Assembly: GCF_022045235.1 (NCBI RefSeq)
Contig: NW_027266343.1
Location: 186,001 to 250,000 of the forward strand
DNA: 64,000 nt
Source: Haliotis cracherodii
Lineage: Eukaryota
Direction of reading: 5' to 3'
Shown here: positions 52,101 to 64,000 of the stretch, one piece after another
How positions within the stretch are numbered: position 1 is the first letter of the stretch
Layout of the letters: every line of letters starts with the position of its first letter
Program-made: the position numbers and the translations under genes
Notes under the pieces: generated by a model
Seen by the model: the letters and a program-made list of their open reading frames with translations, nothing else
Databases searched by the model: none
What the model was told of the DNA's origin: nothing

Positions 52101-54365
52101 TACCATATCCATCCCTTTATCCTCCTCCTCCTCTACCATATCCACCCCTTCCTACTCCTCGACCATACCCATCCCTTCCTCTTGCTCCTCCTCTACCATA
52201 CCCATCCCTTCCTCCTCCCTCTCTACCACACCCATCCCTACACCCTCCTCTACCATACCCATCCCTTCCTCCTCCCTCCCTACCATATCCATCCCTTCCT
52301 CCTCCTCGACCATACCCATCCCTTCCCTCTCCTCCTCTACCATACCATCCCTTCCTGTTCCTCTTCCGTAGCAATCCCTTCACCCCCTTCTACCATACCC
52401 ATTCCTTCCTGCTTCCATTCCCAACCCTTCCTCCTCCTCGACCATACCCATCCCTTCCTCCTCCTCCTCCTCCTCCTCCTCCTCTACCATACCAATCCCT
52501 TAATCTTACTTTTCCATACCCACCCCTTCACCCTGCTCTACCATACCCATCCCCTCCTCCTCTTCCATACCGATTCTTTCCTCCTCCTCTACCATACCCA
52601 TCCCTTCCTCCTCATCCTCCTCTTCCATACCCACCCCTTCACCCTTCTCTACCATACCCATCCCCTCCACCTCTTCCATACCCATTGCTTCCTCTTCTTC
52701 TACCATACCCAACCCTTCTTCCTCCTCCACCATACCCATCCCATTCTCTTCCTGTTACATACTAATCCCTTCATCCTCCTCTTCAATACCCATCCCTTCC
52801 TCCTCTACCATACCAATCCCTTACTCCTCCTCTTCCTTACCCATCCCTTCAACGTCCTCTACAATACCCATCCCTTCCTCCTCCTCTACCATACCATCCC
52901 TACAACCTCCTCTGCTACACCCATCCCTTCCTCTTCCTCTACTATACCCATCCCTTTCATCCTCCTCTTCCATGCCCATCCCTTCCTCCTCCTCCTCCTC
53001 CTCCTCCACCATACCAATCCATTAATCTTCCTCTTCCATACCAACCCCTTCACCCTTCTCTACCATACCCATCCCCTCCTCCTCTTCCATACCGATTCTT
53101 TCCTCCTCTTCTTCTACCATACCCATCTCTTCCTCCTCCTCCTCCTCCTCTACCATACCCATCCCTTCTTCTTTCTCTTCCATAGCAATCTCTTTACCCC
53201 CTTCTACCATACCCATCCCTTCCTGCTACTTCTTCTCTTCCATACCCATCCCTTCAACCTATTCTACCATACCCATCCCTTCCTTTTCCTCTTCCATAAC
53301 AACCCCTTCACCCCCTTCTACCATACCCATTCCTTCCTGCTCCATCTCTACCATACCCGTCACTTCCTCCTCCTCTTCCATACCCATTCCTTCCTCCTCC
53401 TCTACCATACCCATCCCTTCCTCCTCTTCCGTATCTATTCCTTCCTTCTCCTCGACCATACCCATTCCTTCCTACCCCATCTCCTCTAACATACCAATCC
53501 CTTCATCCTCCTCTACCATACCCATCACTTCTTCCACCTCATCCATACCCATCCCTTCCTCCTCTTCTCCCTCTACCGGACCCATTTCTTCCTTCTCCTC
53601 GACCATACCCATCCCTTCCTCCTCATCCCCTCTACCATACCCATCCCTTCCTCCTTCTCTACCATACCCATCCCTACACCCTCCTCTTCCACATCCATCC
53701 CTTCCTCCTCTACCATACCCATCCCTGCCTTCTCCTCTACCATACCTATCCCTTCCTCCTCTTCCCCCTCTACCATACCCATCCCTTCCTCCTTCTCTAC
53801 CATACCCATCCCTACACCCTCCTCTTCCACATCCATCCCTTCCTCCTCTACCATACCCATCCCTTCCTCCTCCTCCTCCTCTACCTATCCATCCCTTCCT
53901 CTTCCTCTTCCATACCAATCCCTTCACCTCCCATCACTTCTTCCACCTCATCCATACCCATCCCTTCAACCTCCTCTACCATACCCATCCCTTCCTCCTC
54001 TTCTCTCTCTACCGGACCCATTTCTTCCTTCTCCTCGACCATACCCATCCCTTCCTCCTCATCCCCTCTACCATACCCATCCCTTCCTCCTTCTCTACCA
54101 TACCCATCCCTACACCCTCCTCTTCCACTTCCATCCTTTCCTCCTCGACCATACCCATCCCTGCCTTCTCCTCCTCTACCATACCTATCCCTTCCTCCTC
54201 TACCATACCCATCCCTTCCTCCTTCTCTACCATACCCATCCCTACACCCTCTTCTTCCACATCCATCCCTTCCTCCTCTACCATACCCATCCCTTCCTCC
54301 TCCTCCTCCTCTACCCATCCATCCCTTCCTCTTCCTCTTCCATACCAATCCCTTCCTGCTCCATC
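43181..54365 (+). repeat. Pyrimidine-rich ~27-bp satellite, array 2b
   Basis: Continuation of array 2a after the insertion. Contains a ~1.38-kb tandem higher-order repeat. Confidence 0.97.
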
Positions 54366-54371
54366 TCCTAT

Positions 54372-55145
54372 TCCACCAAGCTTGTCTACGCCCCCACGTC
54401 CCCCTCCCCTAGCTTACCGAGGCTAATGTCCTCTCCACCACCTTTGTCTACGTCCCCACTTCTCCCTCCCCTAGCTTGCCCAGACTAATGTCCTCTCCAC
54501 CAAGCTTGTCTACGTCCCCACTTCTCCCTCCCCTAGCTTGCCCAGACTAATGTCCTCTCCACCAAGCTTGTCTACGTCCCCACTTCTCCCTCCCCTAGCT
54601 TGCCCAGACTAATGTCCTCTCCACCAAGCTTGTCTACGTCCCCACGTCCCCCTCCCCTAGCTTGCCCAGACTAATGTCCTCTCGACCACCCTTGTCCACG
54701 TCCCCACTTCTCCCTCCCCTAGCTTGCCCAGACTAATGTCCTCTCCACCAAGCTTGTCTACGTCCCCACGTCCCCCTCCCCTAGCTTGCCCAGACTAATG
54801 TCCTCTCGACCACCCTTGTCCACGTCCCCACTTACCCTTTTTCAGCTTGCCCAGACTAATGTCCTCTCCACCAAGCTTGTCTACGTCCTAACTTCCCCCT
54901 CCCCTAGCTTACCGAGGCTAATGTCCTCTCGACCACCCTTGTCTAGGTCCCCACTTCTCCCTCCCCTAGCTTGCCCAGACTAATGTCCTCTCCACCACCC
55001 TTGTCCACATCCCCACTTCTCCCTCCCCAGCTTGCCCAGGCTAATGTCCTCTCCACCAAGCTTGTCTACGTCCCCACTTCTCCCTCCCCTAGCTTGCCCA
55101 GACTAATGTCCTCTCCACCAAGCTTGTCTACGTCCCCACTTCCCC
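54372..55145 (+). repeat. 62-bp C-rich minisatellite (~12.5 units)
   Basis: CTCCCTCCCCTAGCTTGCCCAGACTAATGTCCTCTCCACCAAGCTTGTCTACGTCCCCACTT. CAGACT anchors at 54481, 54543 and 54605. Confidence 0.95.
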
Positions 55146-55407
55146 GGGTCACGGGTGGCCCAGTCGTCTGAAGCGCCATGATTCGCTGTGCAGAGTTGCG
55201 TCTCTTACACACGCCAGAAACCTATGATTGTGGGTTCGAATCCCGGTTCGCCTCATTTATGTTTCTAGGTTTGTCAGCGCCATACCGAAGTGGTAAACGT
55301 CTGAGACCTGCATCACTTCGGGCTTTCCTCCCACATTAAGCTGACAGGCCGTGATATAACTGGAATAATGTTAAAAGCTGCTTTAAACCAAACTCACTCA
55401 CTCACTC
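55146..55407 (+). mobile_element. tRNA-derived SINE with widely spaced A/B boxes and (ACTC)n tail
   Basis: GGTGGCCCAGTCGTCTGAAGCGCC...GTGGGTTCGAATCCC. The body TTTCCTCC...AAGCTGAC...CGTGATATAACTG is shared with the fragment at 58908-58993. Confidence 0.75.
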
Positions 55408-55633
55408 TACGACCCATGACATGATCTAGGTTTGGTCGCTTTCCGTCCGTCCGTCTGTCCATCCTTCCGACTTCAACTTTGCAGATATATCAGGCTAGTT
55501 CGTTCGGGTGCTTTTCGTTTTCACAGAAATAATAACTATATGTATTTATTTACAATTGTGAACATACGAGGATGGCGGGGATATGGATGACACTTCTTGA
55601 TTACGTTTTGTTTCTTACGGTGGCTGTGAGTCA

Positions 55634-55843
55634 TGAGTCATGAAAGCACAAACAGCTCATCGCGTTAACATCTGATAGGCAGATATATAAAGACACTCAC
55701 ACACTGATCCCATTCTCCAGTACGTATGTAATATATCTTTATGAGATTTATAAAGCTTTGTAAACAAACAAGGCAGTGTATATTTACGGGCGATTAAGTT
55801 TCAATCATATTCTTGTAGAATTGGGTCTCATAAATAATCCATT
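55634..55843 (+). repeat. Dispersed ~215-bp repeat, second copy at ~61490-61708
   Basis: TGAGTCATGAAAGCACAAACAGCTCATCGCGTTAACATCTGATAGGC...GGGTCTCATAAATRATCCATT is present at both sites. Confidence 0.85.
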
Positions 55844-56777
55844 GTGTGAAACGCTATCAAGCACTTCAACTTCTATAGATCACAGTTTATAGCAAATGCA
55901 ATGACATACCTGCATACTTTCTACATACAACTAGTGTCAGGTGTACAAGGAAATTCAGTTAAGTGTTTTAGAAGAAAAACACTTTCAAGAACTAGTTCTG
56001 AAAACGTAAAATATCAAACCTATTCTCTAAGCAATGCATAGAGGGAGGGAAGAATTAATTCAATAGACGCTTGATTAATAGACAATAAAATTCATTTTGT
56101 TTGTTCTTTTAAGAGATTATAGATGACGAAACTATTTATTAGTCTATTAATTATTATATCGAGTACATATATTGTTTTTTAAGACTGAAATATTTGAACA
56201 TTTTATCTTTCATATCGAATGCTTATAGCTCTAAATGACGTCTTACTTTCATCCAGCCGTTTTGATGTACTCCTTGGGTGCAGGTTTAGGCACTGGACAT
56301 TATAATGGAGCGGCTCAGATCAGGTTTCCATAAGAAATGTGCATTTAAAGATAAAAGCACCTACTTTGGTCATCATATAGAAGAACATGTATTAGAACGT
56401 TTTCCCTCAACAACTTTATCCAAACTAGGAATTTGGAAGGAAGACGTTTTACTTCAGAAAGTAATGGAATTAACCGACAGTCCACACATGGATTGTTTTA
56501 ATGAGACTATATTCCATGGTCTGTTCAGCTTTGAAACAGAATGACTTGTACTTCTGTGCAATGAACACCGCTGTTTACGATTGAAGTCACACACCTCGAT
56601 ATGTACATTACATCATACTTCACCATAACCAAGTTTGGAACTTCAGGTCTCTGTACAATTGTTACTACTGTGACGTTTTGGACAAGGCTCGGAAGCTCCG
56701 ACGTCGATAGTTTAGCTCTACCTCTGCGAAGGTTCAGACGCCAATAAACTCACAAAGTGAAGGTTAATTCTTAAATA

Positions 56778-58298
56778 CACTCTTCAATAGAAGAAACGCA
56801 TAGTTAAAAATAAGGATATTTATTAAGCGGATGTAAAAGTATCTACACAGAATATGCGTGAACACAATCAAATGAAATTAGACACTGTGATCGACATTGT
56901 CGTCATAGTCAGCATTATTTCAGTTCAGTCATTGCACATGTGTAGCCACAAGGTGGCGTCATGGTCAGTACCTGGTCACACGACCTCTTGCAGCCGTCAC
57001 TGCTCGACACCTCCTTGGCACAGATTGCACAAGTCTTCGGATTTTTTCGTGGGGAATTCTTCGCCATTCCTCCTGTAAGGCGTTGGCGAGTTGTGCCAGT
57101 GTGTGGGGACGCTGGTGACGTTGACGGACGCGTCGATCAAGTTCGTCCCACAAATGTTCAATCGGGTTGAGATCAGGCGATTTGGACGGCCATGGGAGGA
57201 CATTGATGTTCTCATTAACAAGGAAATTAACTGTTGCACGTGCTGTGAGGGGCCGAGCGTTGTCATGTTGGAACAGCTCCCTCTGGCGGTCCAAAGTTGG
57301 GAGGAGGTGAGGACGCAGAATTTGGTCTATGTATCGGTTTGCTGTAAGATTGCCCTGGACAACCACTAACTGTGATCTACCCGTGTAGGATATGGCTCCC
57401 CACACCATGACACTCCCTCCACCAAATCGGTCCACCTGTCGTAAGCAGTTCGGCGCAAAACGTTCATGTCGAAGTCGGTATACACGTTGTCTTCCATCCC
57501 GTCGTTGAAGAAGAAAACGTGACTCATCGCTGAACCAAACGCGTCGACAGTTCCTGAGATCCCATGCCTGTACTCTGTTGCACCACCGGACACGTCGTTG
57601 ACGGTGTAGACGTCGCAAGACAGGTCCAACCTTTGGTCGTCTCGCTCGAATTCCCACTTCCCTCAGACGATTTCTGATGGTTTGGTCGGAAATTCTTCGC
57701 ATACCAGGCACTTGTCCTGCAGTATCCTTTGCTGTAGCAAATCCATTCCGAAAGTGATGCAACCGGATGTACCGATCCTGAGCAGGGGAGGTCACTCTTG
57801 GTCTTCCACTGGGATATCTTGAGTCGAATTAGTACGGGTATATCGATCCTATAGTCGAGATATGGTGCATTGGTGAACGTTGAAGTGTCTTGCAACGGCA
57901 GACTTGGGACTCCCCTGCTTCCAAATGTCCAGTGGCGATATTTCAGTCAGCTGCAGTTAATCTTAGCATTTTTCGATCTCCATTCACAAACAGAAAATTC
58001 GTTATGAACTGATGAATTTTGTACTTTTATAGTCAGTGTATCTACTCTTGTTTCCAACACTTTGCACGTCCATTGTGCTGAAAACTTTTTTTCTGAAAGC
58101 AATTGCCGTGCGTCCTTTGCATTCTTGCTGATAAACGTTTACAAAAAACATTTTGAGATGTGTTTCCGCGTAATGCACAACAAACATGACATGATTAACG
58201 GGAATCAAACATAAGAATTGTCTTTATGACGATTGCTGGGGAAAATAAATCTAATTTGAATTCTCAAAACACCTATTCGTTTCTTTTTTTGAAGAGTG
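56778..58298 (-). mobile_element. Tc1/mariner transposon (DD34E), full length 1521 bp
   Basis: 26-bp TIRs CACTCTTCAATAGAAGAAACGCATAG / reverse complement CACTCTTCAAAAAAAGAAACGAATAG (23/26). TA TSD at 56776-77 and 58299-300. Minus-strand AATAAA at 56819-56824. Confidence 0.96.
56965..57969 (-). pseudogene. Tc1 transposase with disrupted N-terminal HTH
   Basis: Intact part contains GRPR, WFSDESRF, VMVWGAIS, FQHDNARP and SPDLNPIEHLW (34 residues between D and E). From ATG 57969 the N-terminus reads MLRLTAAD*NIATGHLEAGESQ / SAVARHFNVHQCTISRL*DRYTRTNSTQDIP / SGRPR, i.e. two stops and two frameshifts. Confidence 0.93.
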
Positions 58299-58907
58299 TA
58301 TTAGACACGTGTTCATTAGTGATGCTGCGGAACCAAAACCTACTCTCACTTGAAGTCCAACCTATTTCCGTGGAAACACGAAAATTAATAGCTTAAGGAA
58401 CCAGTTCAGCACTTGGTCGAAGTGTTTATTATGATTATTATACATAATCCAAATGTTCCTTGATCTAAGATTCGACCCGATTATGATCGTTGGTATGTCA
58501 GTGTGGGCAGTTGAAGCTCGTGGGAGGCACAAACAGGTAAATAACTACGGCCATCTTCACTTGTGGCTTTCCTCCTATAGTCTGCTTACTCGGGGAGAAG
58601 AGGTGTCAAACCCAGGTGACTTCAGCGACACCAGCCAGAGCGTTAACTAGCTTAAAGAGACGTTCGGGACTTCAATGTCTGTAAGAAAACCTTAAATATT
58701 GTCTAGTGTAGCATGCCCACACCCAACCACCCAAGCTACCCAACTTAATAAGCAATCAAGAAAATTGGGTAAATAAACTAATACATACATTTTATCCAAA
58801 GAACCTGTAGAGCACCATCAATGGGAACACACCAAATCGATCTTGCATTGCATCTTGTTCTACCTACGATAGTGATTCTGTTCATCTGAATAGAAAAATA
58901 TTATATT

Positions 58908-59303
58908 GCTCTCTTCCCACCTTAAGCTGACTCGTCGTGATATAACTGAAATGCTGTTCAATGCGGCGTTACGCCAAACTCACTCACTCACTCCTGAGTA
59001 TACACTTTTTGAAGCCCATTTTGTATACAGGTTGTATTCCCGCTATGTCTGGAATATTTTGTTAGATGTTTAATGCTGCACTCAGAATATTCCAGCTTCG
59101 TGACGGCGGTCTGTAAATAATCGTGTCTGGGCCAGACAATCCACTGATTGGCATCATGAGAATAAATCTACACAATTGGGATACGATGGCATGCAATCTA
59201 CCAATTCACCGAGCCTGACCACCCGATCCATTTAGCTGCCTCTTACGCCCAGCATAGGTTGCTGGAATATTGCTAAAGGCGGGGTAAACAATATTCACTC
59301 ACC
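58908..59303. mobile_element. Cluster of SINE fragments (3' fragment +, RTE-like retroposon fragment -, tail fragment +)
   Basis: AAGCTGACTCGTCGTGATATAACTG...(ACTC)n at 58908-58993. 59066-59263 aligns with 1850-2070. GAATATTGCTAAAGGCGGGGTAAAC...TCACTCAC at 59265-59303. Confidence 0.75.
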
Positions 59304-60002
59304 CTCTTGACACATGATCTCAAACAACGAACTTGTCTAAATGTTATCCCTTAACGTCTATATGTGTCAAGGAACTATCAGGCTCTGTAAATTCCGTTGT
59401 TACCATTGTCGAATGCGATAGTAAATAAGGTGTCATTCTCGCGTTGTTTAATCTTCAAGGAAAATGATAGTCATAAAACACTCGGCGTTGCTAGGCACCT
59501 GGGTCGCATGTGCTAATTTCAGACGTTTGAAATTGGCATCGAGGCAAACACCAAGTGGCCACGGCGTCTTGGCGACCATGTTTGCCCTTGTTTGCATCAA
59601 GAGGTTGGACTTGGTGCGGTGTTGGTATCGTGCGGGTCGTTCGATAGCAGACGCTCCTTTAGTAATTTATTAGCTTCGCTGATCACTCATTCCTCGTCCG
59701 CTTCCTTCGCTTGTACTTCTCATCGCTGAGTGGATGTTATCGTATAGTCAGCATATATACTTGGGAACCACGGTATCCGTCTAGACCGAGGTCTTGATAG
59801 TGAGGGAGTGTTGTTTTCTGCCGCAATCAGCAGTATTAAGCTGTTAATAATTGAATTTGGGTCAGCCTAACAAGTGGTTGTTCGCAGGTGGAACGATCCA
59901 TAATATCATGATTGTACGATGCAAATCTCATTAAAGTCAGATATTTTACCCCGATACGATACCTCTGCTTTGACATCTGAGGCCACCTCCATAGAAGGTC
60001 AG

Positions 60003-60384
60003 ACCGACACCGTCGTCTAGTGGTAGAGAGTCCCCTTTGAGAACGAAAGGTCAGGGGTTCGATCCCCGGACGCGCCATACCAAAAGATGCTACTCTGTTG
60101 TTGTTGTTGTTGTTGCTGTTGTTGCTGTTGTTCCCCTGTCCTACGCTCGGCGTTGAGGTGCTTAAACCAGGACTGCTCAGCGTGGAGTTAGTATACTGTG
60201 TCCGAGTGGGGTATTCATGTTAAATTGCGGCATGAAGTCTCAGTGGGATAGCACTATAAAATCGGCATTAGTCCGGACTAGTAATGGCAGCCACACACAC
60301 ACACACATACATGTGCATGCCCGCGCCTATATAAGTGCAATAATCTTGGACGTGACGTTAAACCCCATTTCACCTTACCTGACC
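60003..60384 (+). mobile_element. tRNA-derived SINE (same family as 944-1345) with internal (GTT)n and (CA)n
   Basis: A box TCGTCTAGTGG and B box GGGTTCGATCCCC, then GCCATACCAAAAG, GAGTGGGGTATT, AGCACTATAA and the tail TATAAGTGCAATAATCTTGGACGTGACGTTAAACCC. Confidence 0.85.
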
Positions 60385-61250
60385 TTGGAAGGTCGCGTCA
60401 GGAGCCCAGTCTAAATGAAGGTTGCGTGGGTACTTGAGGCGATCAGATGTCAGTTTTCTGAAACTGTTCGGCTTCATTTATTTACCACGAATTGCCTGTT
60501 TGAAAAGTTCACCTGACACGACGTCATTTAGAGGTGCCCTCAGGTCTTCAGACAAAGAGGTAAATTATCGTGGTAAAGGGTCTGCTTACTGTTACATTGC
60601 TTCTACGCCATAATATCGGGCACTGTATTTTCATTGTTATTGTTTTACGCCGCACTCGGCAATAATCCCGTTGTGTATTACGGCAGTGTTTATGCATTCG
60701 AGTCATTGATATTATCAAATCATTTGAGCACTCCTACAGGCTTGAGTAGTTTGGAGATAAAAATACACAATCGCAATTCGGTCGAGTTTGATAAACCTGC
60801 ATACTGTTCGCATATGCTAGATGTCCTATTTTTGCATAATGTAACACGTTGAGTGTAATTCTTTTTCACTGCTTCCGTATATCTAGAATTCACATAACCT
60901 GTGCGTTTTCTGTCAGGAATTGGCGCAACCCATAGGTATTGTTTCACTGAACTATCAATTGGCACGGAAACTAAAACTACCAAACGTATGGTCATTGACT
61001 ATTTGACAGCCGCTTTACAGACGAATGCGAAAACAGGCATACGACAGGACCTTAAGCTATACATAAATTTCCCAAAGTTTCTATATAATTTCCGATTCAA
61101 CGGCATCCTAAGAAGTTATAGTTCTAAAGAGAACTGAATCGATAAATCCAACATAATGCAGTGTCACTTGCTTCTGTCCCATTATTTACGAAACCATACT
61201 GTATGTGTCATAACTCGGGTCTTATTTTGTGGATTACTGTTCCTGTAGCA

Positions 61251-61357
61251 GGTTCATGTTCAACAAAGCAATCGTAACGCTACGACTGTCGATGTCTTTG
61301 TTAAATTGTAGGATGCAGGATAGTCGTAGCGCTACGTTCGCTTTGTGAAACTAGGCC
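61251..61357. mobile_element. Small MITE-like inverted-repeat element
   Basis: TCAACAAAGCAATCGTAACGCTACGACT pairs imperfectly with AGTCGTAGCGCTACGTTCGCTTTGTGAA. A related end TTTCACAAAGCA lies near 62009. No clear TSD. Confidence 0.55.
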
Positions 61358-61708
61358 GAGTATCAGTTAAAATCTGAAAGAAAATTCTGAAACCACTAAG
61401 TTCTCTTTGATGTGAAAGAGCAAAATTAATATAGCGTGTATGTCCCCCAAGCATCAGACTAAGGTACAACATTTCTCACTTGCGGTGACATGAGTCATGA
61501 AAGCACAAACAGCTCATCGCGTTAACATCTGATAGGCTGATATATAAAGATACTTACACATAAAACTGATCCCATTATCTAGTGTGTATGTAATATATCT
61601 TTATGAGATCTGTAAAGCTATGTAAACAAAGAGGGTGGTGTATATCATACGGGCGATTTAGTTTTAATCATACTTATAATAGAAAATGGGTCTCATAAAT
61701 GATCCATT

Positions 61709-61970
61709 CGTGAAGATCCGGGTTAGATTAGGTCTTCAGCAACCCATGCTTGCTGTAAAGGGCGACTATGCTTGTCGTAAGGGGCGACTAAAGGGATAGG
61801 GTGGTCAGGCTCGCTGACTTGGTTGATGCATGTCATGGTAGACCGATTGCGTAGATCGATGCTCATGATATTAATCACTGGATTGTCTGGTCCTGACTCG
61901 ATTATTTACAGACCGCCGTCATACAGCTGGAATAGTGCGGCGTTAAACAACAAACAAACAAACAAACAAA
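61709..61970 (+). mobile_element. Short retroposon, same family as 1838-2102, (AAAC)n tail
   Basis: CGTGAAGATCCGGGTTAGATTAGGTCTTCAGCAACCCATGCTTG...GTCGTAAGGGGCGACTAA...CGGCGTTAAACAACAAAC. Confidence 0.9.
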
Positions 61971-62704
61971 GATCCGTGCGGGTATAAGGGCTAAACGTCC
62001 AGGGACCGTTTCACAAAGCAGTCGCAAATGTATTCCAAGAGGAAGAACCACAGACTTTCTTTGTTTCTTTAAATGTTGACATTTCTCGAAGAAGGAAGTT
62101 CGTGTGAACCTTAATACCAGTTATATCAGAGTTTGATAAATTGTGTTCGTTTCAGTCTGCCCTTCGAGACCTTTCATTGATCTCTAAAATCACCAATAAT
62201 CTTCTCCTGACACGCGGCTCCGCGTTATAAATCTCCTCATACTTAATGAACTGGCGTTTCTCTAAATTCAGCGCAAGTCTATGGGAATTGTTTGTTTCTC
62301 GGCAACCCCTCGGCGTGGTCGATTCCGGGAAACCAACAAGTGCTAGGCAATTTATATTCTGAGTAGGCGCTGAATATCTCTAGTACATAAACTCTGGTGG
62401 TATCAGAGAGAATATCTGTTTACCAGCAGATTGCACCTTGGATAGAATTTATCAAACATGTCTCTCAGTTTAGATGAAAGGGAAAAAAATATATGAAAAT
62501 TATTTTTGTTGGAAATGATTCAAATAGTAATCTGAACTAATGAATCCATATATTCAGAATAAAGCTGAAAAGACTCCTACAACAAATTTCTATATACTTA
62601 CGTAACCATGCAATAAATAATTGTTTTGTAAGAGGCTTGTGAAAGTCTTACGTCGGGTGGGGTACATGGCAACCGTAGGTGTGGTGCGACTGATGGCCCA
62701 AGAC

Positions 62705-63986
62705 ACTGTTTGTGACGCTTGTCTCGTGGTTCATTCTAATGTCTGATAGTTAATCTACTGTGTGAAGCTTGTCTGTTGATTTAATCTTCTGTATGGTAGT
62801 TTAATCTACTATATGAAGCTTGTCTCTAGGTTTAATCAATTGTCTGGTAGTTCATCTACTATATGAAGCTTGTCTCCGGGTTTTTTTCTGTTGTATAGTA
62901 GCTTAACCTACTTTGTAAAGCTTGTCTCTTGGTTTAATCTTTTGTCTGGTAGTTTAATCTACTGTATGAAGCTTGTCTGTTGGTTTAATCAATTGTCTGG
63001 AAGTTTAATCTACTGTATGAAGCTTGTCTGTTGGTTTAATCAATTGTCTGGTAGTTTAACCGACTGTATGAAGCTTGTCTGTTGGTTTAATCTTTTGTCT
63101 GGTAGTTTAATCTACTGTATGAAGCTTGTCTGTTGGTTTAATCAATTGTCTGGTAGTTTAACCGACTGTATGAAGCTTGTCTGTTGGTTTAATCTTTTGT
63201 CTGGAAGTTAAATCTACTGTATGAAGCTTTTCTGTTGGTTTAATCAATTGTCTGGTAGTTTAACCGACTGTATGAAGCTTGTCTCTTGGTTTAATCTTTT
63301 GTCTGGTAGTTTAATCTACTATATGAAGCTTGTCTGTTGGTTTAATCAATTGTCTGGTAGTTTAATCTACTGTATGAAGCTTGTCTGTTGGTTTAATCAA
63401 TTGTCTGGTAGTTTAATCTACTGTATGAAGCTTGTCTGTTGGTTTAATCAATTGTGTGGTAGTTTAACCGACTGTATGAAGCTTGTCTCTTGGTTTAATC
63501 AATTGTCTGGTAGTTCAATCTACTGTATGAATCTTGTCTATTGGTTTAATCAATTGTCTGGTAGTTTAACCGACTGTATGAAGCTTGTCTCTTGGTTTAA
63601 TCAATTGTCTGGTAGTTTAATCTACTGTATGAAGCTTGTCTGTTGGTTTAATCAATTGTCTGGTAGTTTAACCGACTGTATGAAGCTTGTCTCTTGGTTT
63701 AATCAATTGTGTGGTAGTTTAATCTACTGTATGAAGCTTGTCTCTTGGTTTAATCAATTGTGTGGTAGTTTAACCGACTGTATGAAGCTTGTCTGTTGGT
63801 TTAATCATTTGTGTGGTAGTTTAATCTACTGTAAGAAGCTTGTCTGTTGGTTTAATCAATTGTCTGGTAGTTTAACCGACTGTATGAAGCTTGTCTCTTG
63901 GTTTAATCAATTGTCTGGTAGTTTAATCTACTGTATGAAGCTTGTCTGTTGGTTTAATCAATTTTGTGGTAGTTTAACCGACTGTG
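62705..63986 (+). repeat. 51-bp HindIII-containing minisatellite (~25 units)
   Basis: ATGAAGCTTGTCTGTTGGTTTAATCAATTGTCTGGTAGTTTAATCTACTGT. GAAGCT anchors at 63121 and 63172. Confidence 0.96.
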
Positions 63987-64000
63987 TGTACAGAATTACA

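Noticed and set aside
11880-54348. Minus-strand (EEEEGMGMV)n acidic and (GRDGYGRGG)n RGG-like ORFs as a biomineralisation or RNA-binding protein
   Set aside because: Frames are broken every 60-200 codons by stops and frameshifts, with no frame preservation among repeat variants.
62870-63211. 113-aa ORF with a 17-aa Cys/Trp repeat
   Set aside because: It is a translation of the 51-bp minisatellite, has a non-ATG start and ends within the array.

Overview
Eukaryotic, repeat-dominated genomic DNA, probably a mollusc; the SINE families with (ACTC)n tails resemble abalone/Haliotis repeats, but that is an inference. Layout: (1) A ~15-kb tandem segmental duplication (unit A 575-15525, unit B from 15526). 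Each unit carries an intact 5-coding-exon gene that the ORF track misses, encoding a 300/295-aa protein I do not recognise (disordered basic/Pro/Ser N-terminus, Ala tract, KRK-type NLS, coiled coil). A G-rich 35-bp intronic minisatellite, a 60-bp minisatellite and a pyrimidine-rich ~27-bp satellite follow. (2) In unit B that satellite has expanded to ~26 kb with kb-scale higher-order repeats. Embedded in it are a ~115-bp fragment of PABPN1 coding sequence (28591-28708, minus) and a nested insertion: SINE > 3.1-kb IS3EU-type non-autonomous DNA transposon > SINE. (3) The right-hand 10 kb holds a 62-bp minisatellite, several SINEs, a full-length but disabled Tc1 (DD34E) transposon and a 51-bp minisatellite. 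Almost all long ORFs in the supplied track are artefacts of the satellite.
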